Positions 18,451 through 29,033 of a stretch of DNA of 64,000 nucleotides are shown one piece after another. The stretch spans positions 89,912 through 153,911 of the forward strand of contig CAYYIK010000001.1 in NCBI GenBank assembly GCA_964471955.1, written 5' to 3'. Within the stretch, counting starts at the first letter, position 1. Each line of letters opens with the position of its first letter. The stretch is from an uncultured Thermoanaerobaculia bacterium (GTDB taxonomy: Bacteria > Acidobacteriota > Thermoanaerobaculia > Multivoradales > JAGPDF01). Below the pieces are notes generated by a model, which was given only the letters and a program-made list of their open reading frames with translations, was not told the DNA's origin and did not search any database. Made by a program: the position numbers and the translations under genes.

Positions 18451-18975
18451 CTACATCTCGTACCTGCCGAGGTCCTCCGGCCGGACATTCTCGAGCCACT
18501 CTTTGAGCGCCTCGTCGGTGTCTGCGGTATGGGCTCGGGCCTTGGCCAGCGCCTCGTCGAGGACGGCTCGCGCAGTCCAGATCGGAGATCCCGTCCGCAG
18601 CGCCAGGGCGAGCGCATCGCTCGGCCTGGCATCCACCCCCCGTTCGCCGCCTTCGGCGCTGCGCACCACGAGGCGGGCATGAAACGTCCCTTCGATCAGG
18701 GCGTGTATCTCCACCCGGGCGAGCTCGCCGCCGAGCGCCGACAGGATCGATCGGAGGAGATCGTGGGTCATCGGCCGCCGGGTTTCGACCCCTTCGACCG
18801 CGAGCGCGATGGCGTTGGCCTCGAAGACGCCGATCCAGATCGGCAGGTAGAGGCTCCCCCCCTCTTCGCGCAGGATGACGACCGGCGCGTCGGTGTTCGG
18901 GTCGACAATGAGTCCGCGCAGGCGCATCTCGATCCAGCCTCCCGGGGGGTGTCGTGGCGGGACCTCGTTCGTCAT
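18451..18975 (-). CDS. Bifunctional nuclease family protein (DUF151)
   Basis: PVVILRE..G...LPIWIG..EA.AI...L.G....RP.THDL and ARPSDA.ALA.R...PI motifs. Start at MTNEV is uncertain; an internal Met (IEMRLRGL) is also possible. Confidence 0.75.
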   Translation of the reverse strand: MTNEVPPRHPPGGWIEMRLRGLIVDPNTDAPVVILREEGGSLYLPIWIGVFEANAIALAVEGVETRRPMTHDLLRSILSALGGELARVEIHALIEGTFHARLVVRSAEGGERGVDARPSDALALALRTGSPIWTARAVLDEALAKARAHTADTDEALKEWLENVRPEDLGRYEM

Positions 18976-19051
18976 GCCGGGATTGTCGAGGCTGCCCGCC
19001 GCTCCGTCAAGCGCCCCGTCGGGGCGACTGCGGCGCGGCGGGGGCCGGGGT

Positions 19052-19492
19052 TCACGACGGGCCCCCCGCATCCTCCACCCAGGCGGCAGCCAGGTCGTCG
19101 TCCTCCGCTACCCGGATGGCCAGGAGTCGGACGCCAGGCGGGAGCTCGTCGCGAAGCTCGTCCCGGATCCAGAGCGCCAGGTTCTCGCCGCTCGGAATCC
19201 GCCCCCCTCCATCGGCGCGAAACTCCGGGATCGCCTCGTGAATCATCCGGTGATCGAGGCGCTCGACGACACGCTTCCGGACGAGTTCGTCGAGTCGCGC
19301 CAGATCGACGACGAAGCCGGTGAGCTCGTCGACGGGGCCGCCGACCGTGACGGTGAGCCGGTAGTTGTGGCCATGGCCCGGAAGCCAGCTGCAGCGTCCG
19401 AACCGGCGCTCGTTCTCCACCTCGGACCACTCCGGTCGCCGGTAGAGGTGGCCGGCGCTGAATCGATAGACCCGCTCGAGTGAGACGGCCAT
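19052..19492 (-). CDS. queD: 6-carboxy-5,6,7,8-tetrahydropterin synthase (queuosine pathway)
   Basis: F.AGH......C...HGHNY motif in a 146-aa protein. Start at MAVSLERVY within ORF 19052..19645. Confidence 0.85.
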   Translation of the reverse strand: MAVSLERVYRFSAGHLYRRPEWSEVENERRFGRCSWLPGHGHNYRLTVTVGGPVDELTGFVVDLARLDELVRKRVVERLDHRMIHEAIPEFRADGGGRIPSGENLALWIRDELRDELPPGVRLLAIRVAEDDDLAAAWVEDAGGPS

Positions 19493-19643
19493 GCGAGTTC
19501 TTCCCTCCCCTTCCTGAGCTGCGGCTGCCGACGTTACCCCGAAGTCGTGCCGCCGAGCTCGGGGCGCAAATGCGCCGTAAAGAGGACTCCGTGCGCGTCG
19601 ATCCGCTCGTTCCTGCCGCCGGAACCGTAGAATCGCGGACTTC

Positions 19644-22040
19644 ATGCTCCGCCGGCTCGATCGCTATCTGCTCCGCGAGATCCTCGGCCCATTCGGGTTG
19701 GGGCTTCTCGTCTACACCTTCATCCTGCTGGTGCAGCAGTTCTTCGACATCGCCGACTGGGTGATCAAGCGGGGCATCCCCGCAGCCACCGTCGGTCAGC
19801 TCCTCCTCTACCTCCTCCCCTCCCTCATCGTTCTCACGCTGCCGATGGCTCTGCTGCTGGGGGTTCTGCTCGGCGTCGGGCGCCTCGCCTCGGACAGCGA
19901 ACTGATCGCGCTGCGCTCCTGCGGCGTGAGCATCTACCGGCTCGTCCCGGTCGTCGTGGGACTGTCGCTGGCCGTCGCCCTGGTCAACGGGTACCTGATG
20001 GTCGAGGTCAAGCCGCGCACCAACCAGGCCTTCGTACAGCTCACCGCCGAGGCATCCACCCGGACGCTGAGTTCGCAGTTCGAACCGCGGGTCTTCTACA
20101 GCGAGTTCCAGGGTCAGGTGCTCTACGTTTTCGGAGCCCCGCCGCGCGGGGGCGACTGGGAGGGGGTCTTCCTCGCCACCGCCGTTCCCGGCGGCGACAC
20201 GCCGAACGAGGTCATCGTCGCCCGCCGCGGCCGGCTCGATCTCGTCGAAGGGGGCGACCGAGTCCACCTGAGTCTCGAGGACGCCGTGCAGCACACCTTC
20301 GACCTTTCGCGACCGGACCGCTACGAGACTCGACGCTACGAAAAGCTCCGCCTGGTGCTGCTGGATCGGGCCGGCCGGTCGCAGCGCGAACGGACGCGGG
20401 TCAAGCAGGAGGTCCGGGCGATGTCGCTCGGAGATCTGCGCGCGGTGGTCGAGGACCCGGCCCGACCGGTCGAGCAGCGCAATGTCGCGCAGGTCGAGAT
20501 CCAGAAGATGTTCGCCATTCCGGCCGCCGCCCTGGTGCTCGGTCTGCTGGCGCTCCCTCTCGCGTACAACAATCGGCGCGGCGGAAAGTCCTCGGGTTTC
20601 GCGCTCTCGATCGGCATCGTCGTTCTCTACCACGTGCTGATCACGCAGGGTGAGGAGGCCGCGCGACTCGGCAGACTGCACCCGGCCGTGGCGATGTGGT
20701 TGCCCAATGTCGCGCTCGGTCTGGCGGGCATCGCCCTGCTGGTGGCGCGCAATCACGATCGGTCGCCGATCCCCCGCGCCCTGCGGGACGGCTCTCTGCT
20801 GCGGAAGCTCGCGCACGGGCTGCGAGCGGCGCGACGCGCTTTCTCGACGCGCCGTCGCGGCGCGCTCGAAGCACGCCGCGACGGTCGGGTCGGGATGCCG
20901 TCGGCGCGGCGCCGCCACCGCGTCGTCGTCCGACTGCCCAAGCTCCGTCTGCGCTTCCCCAACCTGATCGATCGCTACGTGCTGCGCCGGTTCGGCTTCA
21001 TCTTCGGCCTCGTCCTCGTCTCGGCGCTCGCCCTGCGGGTGGTGGCCGACTTCACCGAGAACGTCGACGACATCCTCAAGCATCAGCCGCCCACGTCGAT
21101 CGTTCTGCGCTACTACCGGTATCAGATGCTGCAGATGGCGTTCGAGGTCGCGCCGCTGGCGGTACTGATCACCACGCTCGTCACCTTCAGCCTGCTGGCG
21201 CGAACGAACGAGGTCATCGCCTGTCGCTCGCTCGGCATCAGCCTCTACCGGCTCGCCGTGCCGGCGCTCGTGGCCGCGCTCCTGGTGGCCGCCGGCGCGA
21301 CGCTGCTCCAGGCACAGGTCCTCCCGGCGTCGAACCAGAAGGTGGCCGAGGCGAAGGACCGCATCAAGGGACGTCCGCCGGCGCGCTCGCTGCGCAGCGC
21401 CGACAAGCAGTGGATCCTCGGCCAGGGCCGGTTCATGTACAACTATCTTTCATTCGACGAGGCCCGTTCGGAGCTGCGCCGGCTCCAGGTCTTCGAATTC
21501 GACGAACGCAACCGTCTGGTGGCCCGGCTGTTCGCCGAACATGCCGCCTGGACGCCCGCCGGATGGACGGTGTCCGAGGGCTGGTCGCGGACCTTCGAGG
21601 GTCGCGAGCAGCTGGAGTTCCGGCCCTTCGGCGGGCCGGCAGCCATCGACCTGCCCGAGAGTCCGTCCTACTTCGCCGCCGAGGTCCGCCGCCCGGCGCA
21701 GATGACCTTCGCCGAGCTGGCCGACTACGTGAAGGGGCTGCGCGAAGGGGGGCAGCCGCAGCCGAAGTACGAGGTCGCCCTGCACAACAAAATCGCCTTC
21801 CCCGTAGGCGCCGTCGTCATGGCGCTGGTCGGGCTCCCCTTCTCGTTCCGGTTGCAGCGCAAAGGGGCGCTCTACGGACTCGGGATCTCGATCATTCTGG
21901 GCATCGTCTTCCTCGCCGTCTACGCTTTCTTTTCGACGCTCGGAGAGGTGGGCGCACTGCCGGCCGCCGTGGCGGTGTGGAGCCCCAGCCTGCTGTTCTC
22001 TCTGCTCTCCGGCTACCTCTTCCTCGGCGTTCGGAGCTGA
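19644..22040 (+). CDS. Fused LptF-LptG LPS export permease (two YjgP/YjgQ modules in one reading frame)
   Basis: The N-terminal module starts MLRRLDRYLLREILGPF and the second starts NLIDRYVLRRFGFIFGLVLV. They are joined by an Arg-rich linker with no stop codon. An in-frame ATG at 20895 precedes module 2. Confidence 0.8.
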   Translation: MLRRLDRYLLREILGPFGLGLLVYTFILLVQQFFDIADWVIKRGIPAATVGQLLLYLLPSLIVLTLPMALLLGVLLGVGRLASDSELIALRSCGVSIYRLVPVVVGLSLAVALVNGYLMVEVKPRTNQAFVQLTAEASTRTLSSQFEPRVFYSEFQGQVLYVFGAPPRGGDWEGVFLATAVPGGDTPNEVIVARRGRLDLVEGGDRVHLSLEDAVQHTFDLSRPDRYETRRYEKLRLVLLDRAGRSQRERTRVKQEVRAMSLGDLRAVVEDPARPVEQRNVAQVEIQKMFAIPAAALVLGLLALPLAYNNRRGGKSSGFALSIGIVVLYHVLITQGEEAARLGRLHPAVAMWLPNVALGLAGIALLVARNHDRSPIPRALRDGSLLRKLAHGLRAARRAFSTRRRGALEARRDGRVGMPSARRRHRVVVRLPKLRLRFPNLIDRYVLRRFGFIFGLVLVSALALRVVADFTENVDDILKHQPPTSIVLRYYRYQMLQMAFEVAPLAVLITTLVTFSLLARTNEVIACRSLGISLYRLAVPALVAALLVAAGATLLQAQVLPASNQKVAEAKDRIKGRPPARSLRSADKQWILGQGRFMYNYLSFDEARSELRRLQVFEFDERNRLVARLFAEHAAWTPAGWTVSEGWSRTFEGREQLEFRPFGGPAAIDLPESPSYFAAEVRRPAQMTFAELADYVKGLREGGQPQPKYEVALHNKIAFPVGAVVMALVGLPFSFRLQRKGALYGLGISIILGIVFLAVYAFFSTLGEVGALPAAVAVWSPSLLFSLLSGYLFLGVRS

Positions 22041-22056
22041 AGCCGGAGGCGGCGCC

Positions 22057-23811
22057 TCACCGCTCGCCGGCGAGCAGGCGCCGGGCGCGGGAGCGGCGGT
22101 GTTCGAAGTACTCCCGGATCCTCGACAACGGTTCGCAGTTGAGAACGTCGGCGGCGCGCGCCCCGGCCTTGCGCGCCGCGTGGACTCCCCAGAGGACGTC
22201 CTCGAGCCCCTGCGGCGAGTGCGCGTCGGGGTGGATCGCGGTGCGCGTGCCACGCGGCAGCCGGGAGCGCAGGATCCGCCAGTCGAGGTCGAGGCGATGC
22301 GGATTGGCGTTGAGCTCGACGATCACTCCGGCCTCTTCCGCCGCATCCAGCACTTCGTCGAGGTCGACCTCGTAGCCCTCCCGCGCCAGAAGCAGGCGGC
22401 CGGTCGGGTGCCCGAGAAAGGTGGTGCACGGGTGACGGACCGCGCGCACGATACGCGCCGTCATCTCCTCGCGCGGCAAGCGGAACCGGCTGTGCACCGA
22501 AGCGACGATGAAGTCGAATCCGAGCAGAAGATCGTCGGGATAATCGAGCTGACCGTCGACCAGGATGTCGGATTCGATCCCCTTGAACAGCCAGGGCGCC
22601 TCGCCACGCGCGTTCCATGCGTCGACCTCCGCCCACTGCTCGCGCACCTGCTCGGCGCTCATCCCTCCAGCGTAGGCGGCGCTGCGCGAATGGTCGGCGA
22701 GGCCGAGATACTCCCAGCCGAGCGCGGCGGCGGCGCGGGCCATGGCCTCGATCGACGCCGTGCCGTCGCTCCACGTCGTGTGCACGTGGAAGGTGCCGCG
22801 CAGGTCGCCGGTCTCGACCAACGCCGGCAGCGGGCCGGCTGCCGCGCGCTCGATTTCGTCGAGGCCCTCGCGCATCTCCGGTTCGATGAAAGCCAGCCCG
22901 AGCCGCCGGTAGATCGCGGCTTCGTCCGGGCAGTCGAGGCGCTTCTCGCCGTGGAAAACGCCGTATTCGTTGACCGTCAGTCCGTCGAGACGAGCCCGCG
23001 TGCGCAGAGCGATGTTGTGCTCCTTGCCGCCGGTGAAGTGGTGCAGGGCGGAGGCGAACTCGTCGCTCTCGACCATCCGCAGATCGGCCTCGAAACCCCC
23101 GGCCAGCCTCAGGGCGACCTTGGTTTCGCCGCTCGCCACCACCTCTTCGCACCCGGGCACCGCGGCGAAGTGTGCCGCCACTTCGGAGCGCCGCTTGCCG
23201 GCGACAGCGGCGACGAAATCCAGGTCGCCGATGGTCTCGCACCATCGGCGCAGGCTGCCGGCGATCTCGGCCCGCTGGACGGCCGGGTTTCGCCGCAGGT
23301 GCTCGAGCACGCGCGACGCTTCGTCACGGGCGCGATCGACGAGGTGCCGCTCGTCGTACCTGCCGAGGGCCTCGAGTCCGGCGAGGATCTTCTCCTGCGA
23401 GCGGACACCGAAGCCGGCGAGTGCGGCGACTCGCCCCTCCCGGGCGGCGCGCTCGAGCTCCCCCGGCGAGCCGACGCTCAGCTCACGGTGCAGGATGCCG
23501 ATCCGCTTGGCGCCGAGGCCGGGGACGCGGAAGAGATCGAGCAGGCCGGGAGGGTACTGACGTCGCAGCTCGTCATGCAGCGTCAGCCGGCCGGTCTGCA
23601 GAATCTCCGCGATGGCCGCCACGAGCCCCGCTCCGATCCCCGGTACTTCGGCGAGGGAGCCGCCCTCGAGCATCTCCTGCGGCTCGCCGGAGAGACCTTC
23701 CATCGCCCGCGCCGCGTTGTGGTAGGCGCGAACGCGGAACGGGTTCGCCTGTTGAATCTCGAGCAGGTCACCGGTCTCGCGCAGAATGCGGACGATCGCT
23801 TCGCGCTGCAT
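22057..23811 (-). CDS. polX: DNA polymerase X family protein with a C-terminal PHP phosphoesterase domain
   Basis: N-terminal HhH/Pol-beta-like region (NPFRVRAYHNAA, VPGIG) and a PHP motif HVHTTWSDG...HS. Confidence 0.9.
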   Translation of the reverse strand: MQREAIVRILRETGDLLEIQQANPFRVRAYHNAARAMEGLSGEPQEMLEGGSLAEVPGIGAGLVAAIAEILQTGRLTLHDELRRQYPPGLLDLFRVPGLGAKRIGILHRELSVGSPGELERAAREGRVAALAGFGVRSQEKILAGLEALGRYDERHLVDRARDEASRVLEHLRRNPAVQRAEIAGSLRRWCETIGDLDFVAAVAGKRRSEVAAHFAAVPGCEEVVASGETKVALRLAGGFEADLRMVESDEFASALHHFTGGKEHNIALRTRARLDGLTVNEYGVFHGEKRLDCPDEAAIYRRLGLAFIEPEMREGLDEIERAAAGPLPALVETGDLRGTFHVHTTWSDGTASIEAMARAAAALGWEYLGLADHSRSAAYAGGMSAEQVREQWAEVDAWNARGEAPWLFKGIESDILVDGQLDYPDDLLLGFDFIVASVHSRFRLPREEMTARIVRAVRHPCTTFLGHPTGRLLLAREGYEVDLDEVLDAAEEAGVIVELNANPHRLDLDWRILRSRLPRGTRTAIHPDAHSPQGLEDVLWGVHAARKAGARAADVLNCEPLSRIREYFEHRRSRARRLLAGER

Positions 23812-23852
23812 CGTCCGCCCGTCGCTTTCCGGGAAACCCGCCGAAGGGACGC

Positions 23853-25031
<1,179 letters not shown>

Positions 25032-25075
25032 CGGAGAAACCTCGCTCGGGGTGGGCGCGACAGAACGCCGCTCGA

Positions 25076-25084
25076 ATCGTATCA
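25076..25084 (-). promoter_or_regulatory. Possible extended -10 element (TGaTACGAT) upstream of metK
   Basis: Minus-strand read of 25076-25084. It follows a GGCCGGG...CCCGGCC hairpin after the upstream gene's stop. No convincing -35. Confidence 0.25.
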
Positions 25085-25115
25085 GAGGCCGGGTCGCCGC
25101 CCGCCCGGCCGGGAA

Positions 25116-25733
25116 TCACCGTGGCAGGCCCGGATGGCTCTCGAGCACGCCGTAGAAGAGGGTGGAGATCGCGTGCAGCGTGGCGAGAGCGGTGGCCGAC
25201 CGGCGCGTCTCCAGACCTCCGGTGAGCGCCGCGATCGTGCCGCCCGCGCGGCGCGTACCCGGCGCGTGCAGACCGCCCGGCAACGGCGATTCGTCCCCGG
25301 TCAGTTCCGCCGGGAGCTGGACCGCGCCGCTCGCGCCCCACGCCTCGCCGCCCGGACCGACGACCGCCGACCAGCCGCGGACGAACCAGCGCGAGCGGCC
25401 GGCGACGGGCACCGGCTGGGTGCAGAACTCGATCGCCACGTAGAAGTGATAGCTGCCCGGGAGTCGCTCTTCGAGGCGGCGTGCCTCCACCCGGGCGCGC
25501 TCGATCGCCTCCTCGTCAGAACCGGCGAGGCCGCGCAGCGGCACCTCGATCTCGTGCGGGACCACCGCGACGGGTACCGGTCGCTCGAAGCTGTCGTGGA
25601 AGAACCGCCGGAAGGCGTCCCGCACGCCGAACAGCTCTTCGGGCAGCGATCCGGCGACGCAGACCTCGATCCCCCGCTGGTATCCTCCGAGGAAATCTCT
25701 GAGCGTGCGCGCCATGATCGAGAGCCGGAACAA
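25116..25733 (-). CDS. DUF84/YjjX-like inosine/xanthosine triphosphatase family protein (start uncertain: TTG 25733 or ATG 25715)
   Basis: Resemblance to YjjX blocks: IEVCVAGS.PEE.FG, YHFYVAIE and GTIAALTGG..TR. This is recall-based similarity only. Confidence 0.6.
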   Translation of the reverse strand: MFRLSIMARTLRDFLGGYQRGIEVCVAGSLPEELFGVRDAFRRFFHDSFERPVPVAVVPHEIEVPLRGLAGSDEEAIERARVEARRLEERLPGSYHFYVAIEFCTQPVPVAGRSRWFVRGWSAVVGPGGEAWGASGAVQLPAELTGDESPLPGGLHAPGTRRAGGTIAALTGGLETRRSATALATLHAISTLFYGVLESHPGLPR

Positions 25734-26520
25734 CGAGACGCTGAAGGCTATCCGCCGCCTGCGGCGAAGGCAAGGCGATCGGGCGCTGCTCGAGGGGCCG
25801 CATCTGCTCGGCGAGGCGCTCGATGCCGGCCTGCCGCTCGAAACCGTGCTCGTCTCGGAGACGTTCGCCGGCAGTGCCGCGGGTCGGCGCCTGCTCGCGC
25901 GGCTTCCGCGTCCGCCCCTGAGCGTCGCAGCGAACCTGCTCAGCGGCCTGGCCGACGCCGACTCCCCCCGCGGCTGCCTGGCGGTCGTCCGGCTGCCGCG
26001 CGGCGGGGCCGAAACGGTGGCCGCCGGTGCGGGAGGGGTCCATCTCTATCTCGATGGGATCCAGGATCCCGGCAATCTCGGAGCGCTGGCGCGCGTTGGC
26101 GAGGCTCTGGCGGTCCGCTCGCTGGTCCTCGGCCCCGGCTGCGCCCACCCCAACCATCCGCGTGCTCTGCGCGCCTCGGCCGGCAGCCTGTTGCGGCTGC
26201 CGGTGGCGGTCGACGTCTCCCCGGACGAGCTCGACCGGAGACTCGCGCCCCAGCGGCCCCTCTGGGTGGCGCTCGCCGCCCACGGCGGCTCTCCACCAGC
26301 CCCGCCGGCCGGCGCGGCCACCCCCCTGGTTCTCGCTCTGGGTGCGGAAGGGCCGGGGCTCTCCGCCGCGGTCGAGCGCCGCGCCGACCGGCGCTGGACG
26401 CTCCCCCTGGCGGGGCCGGTCGAGTCGCTCAACGTCACCGTGGCGGCGGCGCTGGCGCTCTGGGAACTGCGCCGCCCGAGCGCCGGACCCGGCGCCGCTG
26501 CTGGTAGCATTCGCGGGTGA
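25705..26520 (+). CDS. TrmH/SpoU-family RNA 2'-O-methyltransferase
   Basis: LLEGPHL..EAL, LDGIQDPGNLGA..R, LGAEG.GLS and ESLNV.VAAA motifs. Start is GTG 25705 or ATG 25714. Confidence 0.85.
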   Translation: MRAMIESRNNETLKAIRRLRRRQGDRALLEGPHLLGEALDAGLPLETVLVSETFAGSAAGRRLLARLPRPPLSVAANLLSGLADADSPRGCLAVVRLPRGGAETVAAGAGGVHLYLDGIQDPGNLGALARVGEALAVRSLVLGPGCAHPNHPRALRASAGSLLRLPVAVDVSPDELDRRLAPQRPLWVALAAHGGSPPAPPAGAATPLVLALGAEGPGLSAAVERRADRRWTLPLAGPVESLNVTVAAALALWELRRPSAGPGAAAGSIRG

Positions 26521-28016
26521 TCTCGAACCCGCGAACTTCGCGTCGCGGCCCCGTCCCCGCCGCCTCCGCAGCTCTCGCCGCCGCCCTCCTCCTCCTCGCG
26601 GGGTGCGGGCGCCGGGAAGGGAGCGTAACGGCTGGCGGGAAGGAGCCGGTGACGCGACCGAACATCCTGCTGCTGACCGTCGACACGCTGCGCGCCGACC
26701 ACCTCTCGGCGTGGGGCAATCCGCGCCCGACCTCGCCGATCCTCGATCGCATGGCCGCCGAGGGGGTGCGCTTTGCCACCGCCCGCGTCCATCGCCCGAA
26801 GACCACCGCCTCCTTCACCTCGATCTTCACCGCCAGCTACTGCTCCGACCACGAAGTACGCAAGATCGGCGAGCCGGCCTCCTGCAATCTCGACTTCCTC
26901 GCCGAGGAGTTGCGCGAGCTCGGCTATCAGACTCATGCCGTGGTCGCCAACGCCGCTCTGGCGCGCGAATTCCGCTTCGATCAGGGGTTCGATACCTATA
27001 TCGAAACCTGGAAAGTCGAGCCGAAGACCGCAGGCCTCGATCCGACCGGTGCAAGAGCCGTCTCGGATCTGGCTACCGCGCTGGTCGAGAAGCTCTCCGA
27101 CGACCGACCCTTCTTCCTCTGGGTGCACTACGTCGATCCGCACGAGCCCTACTCGCCGGAAGGGGAGTTCCGCGACCTGTACCAGGAGGACGGCCTGGCG
27201 GGCGCGGCCGTCGAGGTGCCGGTCTCGAAACACGATCATCGCCAGAGCTTCGGCGGCATCGCCCGCAAGCAGCTGGTCGACGGTCGCACCGATCTTCCTT
27301 TCTACGTTTCGCGCTACGACGCCGAAACGCGCTACGCCGACCAGGAGATCGATCGCCTGCTCGAGGCGCTGCGACGGCGCGGTTTCTACGACGAGATGCT
27401 CACCGTGATGACTTCCGACCACGGCGAGTCGCTCGGCGAGCACAACTACTGGTTCGACCACGGCATGTTCGGCTTCCAGACCTGCCTCCACGTGCCGCTC
27501 ATCTTCCGCTTCCCGGGCGTTCTGGCGCCGCGCGTCGACGAGGATCCCGTCGAACTGATCCACCTCGCGCCGACCATCCTGTCGTGGGCCGGCAAGCCGC
27601 TGCGCGATGATGGTTGGGCACGCGGCAGGAGCCTGATCCCCCGCCTGCGCGGCGAGGCCACGGCACCCGACACGATCACGTTCTCGGAAGCGGGCTATTC
27701 GCGCAGCAACAACTGGGTCCACGTGGCCGCCGACCGGCGCTTCGCGCTGCACCACCTGCTGGGATCGTTCGACGGCAAGCGGGTGGCGAAGCGGGAGGGG
27801 GCGCAGTACGCCCTCTTCGACCTGGAGAACGATCCCGGCGAAACGACCGACGTCGCGGACCGCTTCCCGGAGGACTTCGCGCGCCTCAAGACGGCGCTCG
27901 ACGCCTGGGAGGCGCAGGCACCCCTGCCCCTGACGCGCGGCAACGAGGAGTGTGGCGACGCGCGCGAAGTCGAAGAGAACACCGTCGAACAGCTGCGCAC
28001 ACTCGGCTACGTCTGA
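26517..28016 (+). CDS. Sulfatase-like (alkaline-phosphatase superfamily) lipoprotein
   Basis: Lipobox LLLLAGCG. NILLLTVDTLRADHL metal-binding block and SDHGESLGEH block. The nucleophile-region sequence is KTTASFTSIFT, with no C/S-x-P-x-R formylglycine motif. Confidence 0.8.
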   Translation: MISNPRTSRRGPVPAASAALAAALLLLAGCGRREGSVTAGGKEPVTRPNILLLTVDTLRADHLSAWGNPRPTSPILDRMAAEGVRFATARVHRPKTTASFTSIFTASYCSDHEVRKIGEPASCNLDFLAEELRELGYQTHAVVANAALAREFRFDQGFDTYIETWKVEPKTAGLDPTGARAVSDLATALVEKLSDDRPFFLWVHYVDPHEPYSPEGEFRDLYQEDGLAGAAVEVPVSKHDHRQSFGGIARKQLVDGRTDLPFYVSRYDAETRYADQEIDRLLEALRRRGFYDEMLTVMTSDHGESLGEHNYWFDHGMFGFQTCLHVPLIFRFPGVLAPRVDEDPVELIHLAPTILSWAGKPLRDDGWARGRSLIPRLRGEATAPDTITFSEAGYSRSNNWVHVAADRRFALHHLLGSFDGKRVAKREGAQYALFDLENDPGETTDVADRFPEDFARLKTALDAWEAQAPLPLTRGNEECGDAREVEENTVEQLRTLGYV

Positions 28017-28039
28017 GGCCGCCGGCCGGAACCGGCGGC
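28016..28039. terminator. GC-rich hairpin between convergent genes (possible bidirectional terminator, no U-tract)
   Basis: GGCCGCCGG-CCGGAA-CCGGCGGCC, a 9-bp stem. Confidence 0.3.
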
Positions 28040-28052
28040 CCCGGGCAGCCGG

Positions 28053-29033
28053 TCAGCCGCGCAGTTCGCGAATCGCCGCCGTCAGCGCCGGCACGACTTC
28101 GTGCAGGTCGCCGACCACGCCGTAGTGGGCGACCTTGAAGATCGGTGCCCCGGCGTCCTTGTTGATCGCCACGATCACCGAGGACGCCTTCATCCCGACC
28201 AGGTGCTGGATCGCCCCGGAGATACCGATGGCGACGTAGAGCTTCGGCGCCACGGTCTGGCCGCTCGATCCGATCTGCCGGTCACGCGGCAGCCAGCCGC
28301 TGTCGATGACCGGCCGGCTCGCCCCGATCTCGGCGGCCAGCAGTTTCGCCAGCTCCTCGATCGGCGCCAGCTTGTCGGCCCCTCCCACGCCGCGCCCGAC
28401 GGCGAGGATGACCGACGCCTTGGAGAGGTCGATCGTGTCGGCGGCGGCCTGCTCCGTTCCGACGATCTCGCGTCCGGCCTCGATCGTCGTGAGGTCGACG
28501 GGGAGCGGCGTCACGGGAGCGCCTCCGGCGACACAACGGTCGGCCTGGAAGGCTCCGGCCTGCAGGGTGACCAGTGTCGGACCCTCCCCCTTCACCCGCA
28601 CGCGCGCCTGCAGCTTCCCTTCGAGGATCGGACGCCGGAAGACGAGACCGCCCTCGGCCTCCTCGAAGGCGATCGCTTCCGGCAGGTGCGCCGCATCGAG
28701 TGTGCGCGCCAGGGCCGGCACGTACTCGCACGACTGGTAGGTGTGCGGGAACAGCACGAACTCGGGGCGGGCCGCCGAGATGGCCGGCAGCAGGGCCGCC
28801 GTGTAGGCCCCCGGCGTGTACGCGGCGAGCACCGGTGACTCGGCCGTCAGCACCGCTGCGAGGTCCAGGGCGGCCGCTTCGGCCGCGAGGGGCCCGAGGC
28901 CATCGCCGAGCAGAACCGCCGTGGCCTGGCCTCCCGACCGCGCCGCCAGTTGCTGACCTGCGGCGATCGCTTCGCGCGAGCCGCGGTGGAGTTTTCCGTC
29001 ACGATGCTGCAGAACCACCCAGACGCCGGCCAT
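28053..29033 (-). CDS. etfA: Electron transfer flavoprotein subunit alpha
   Basis: C-terminal FAD-binding block RPV.DSGW....[20 protein letters not shown]. Confidence 0.93.
   Translation of the reverse strand: MAGVWVVLQHRDGKLHRGSREAIAAGQQLAARSGGQATAVLLGDGLGPLAAEAAALDLAAVLTAESPVLAAYTPGAYTAALLPAISAARPEFVLFPHTYQSCEYVPALARTLDAAHLPEAIAFEEAEGGLVFRRPILEGKLQARVRVKGEGPTLVTLQAGAFQADRCVAGGAPVTPLPVDLTTIEAGREIVGTEQAAADTIDLSKASVILAVGRGVGGADKLAPIEELAKLLAAEIGASRPVIDSGWLPRDRQIGSSGQTVAPKLYVAIGISGAIQHLVGMKASSVIVAINKDAGAPIFKVAHYGVVGDLHEVVPALTAAIRELRG

Noticed and set aside
19628-19633. TAGAAT hexamer 10 nt upstream of the lptFG ATG, considered as a -10 element. This is the same 10-nt geometry as the accA TAAGGT, hinting at near-leaderless mRNAs.
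   Set aside because: No acceptable -35 or TGn extension accompanies it, and two examples are insufficient. It is noted only as something TSS mapping could test.
25032-25115. SAM riboswitch upstream of metK. Likewise an FMN riboswitch upstream of ribH (40315-40389) and a preQ1 riboswitch upstream of queD (19493-19643).
   Set aside because: The metK and ribH leaders are too short (84 and 75 nt). None of the three shows the conserved riboswitch cores; only simple hairpins and RBS/promoter-like elements are present.
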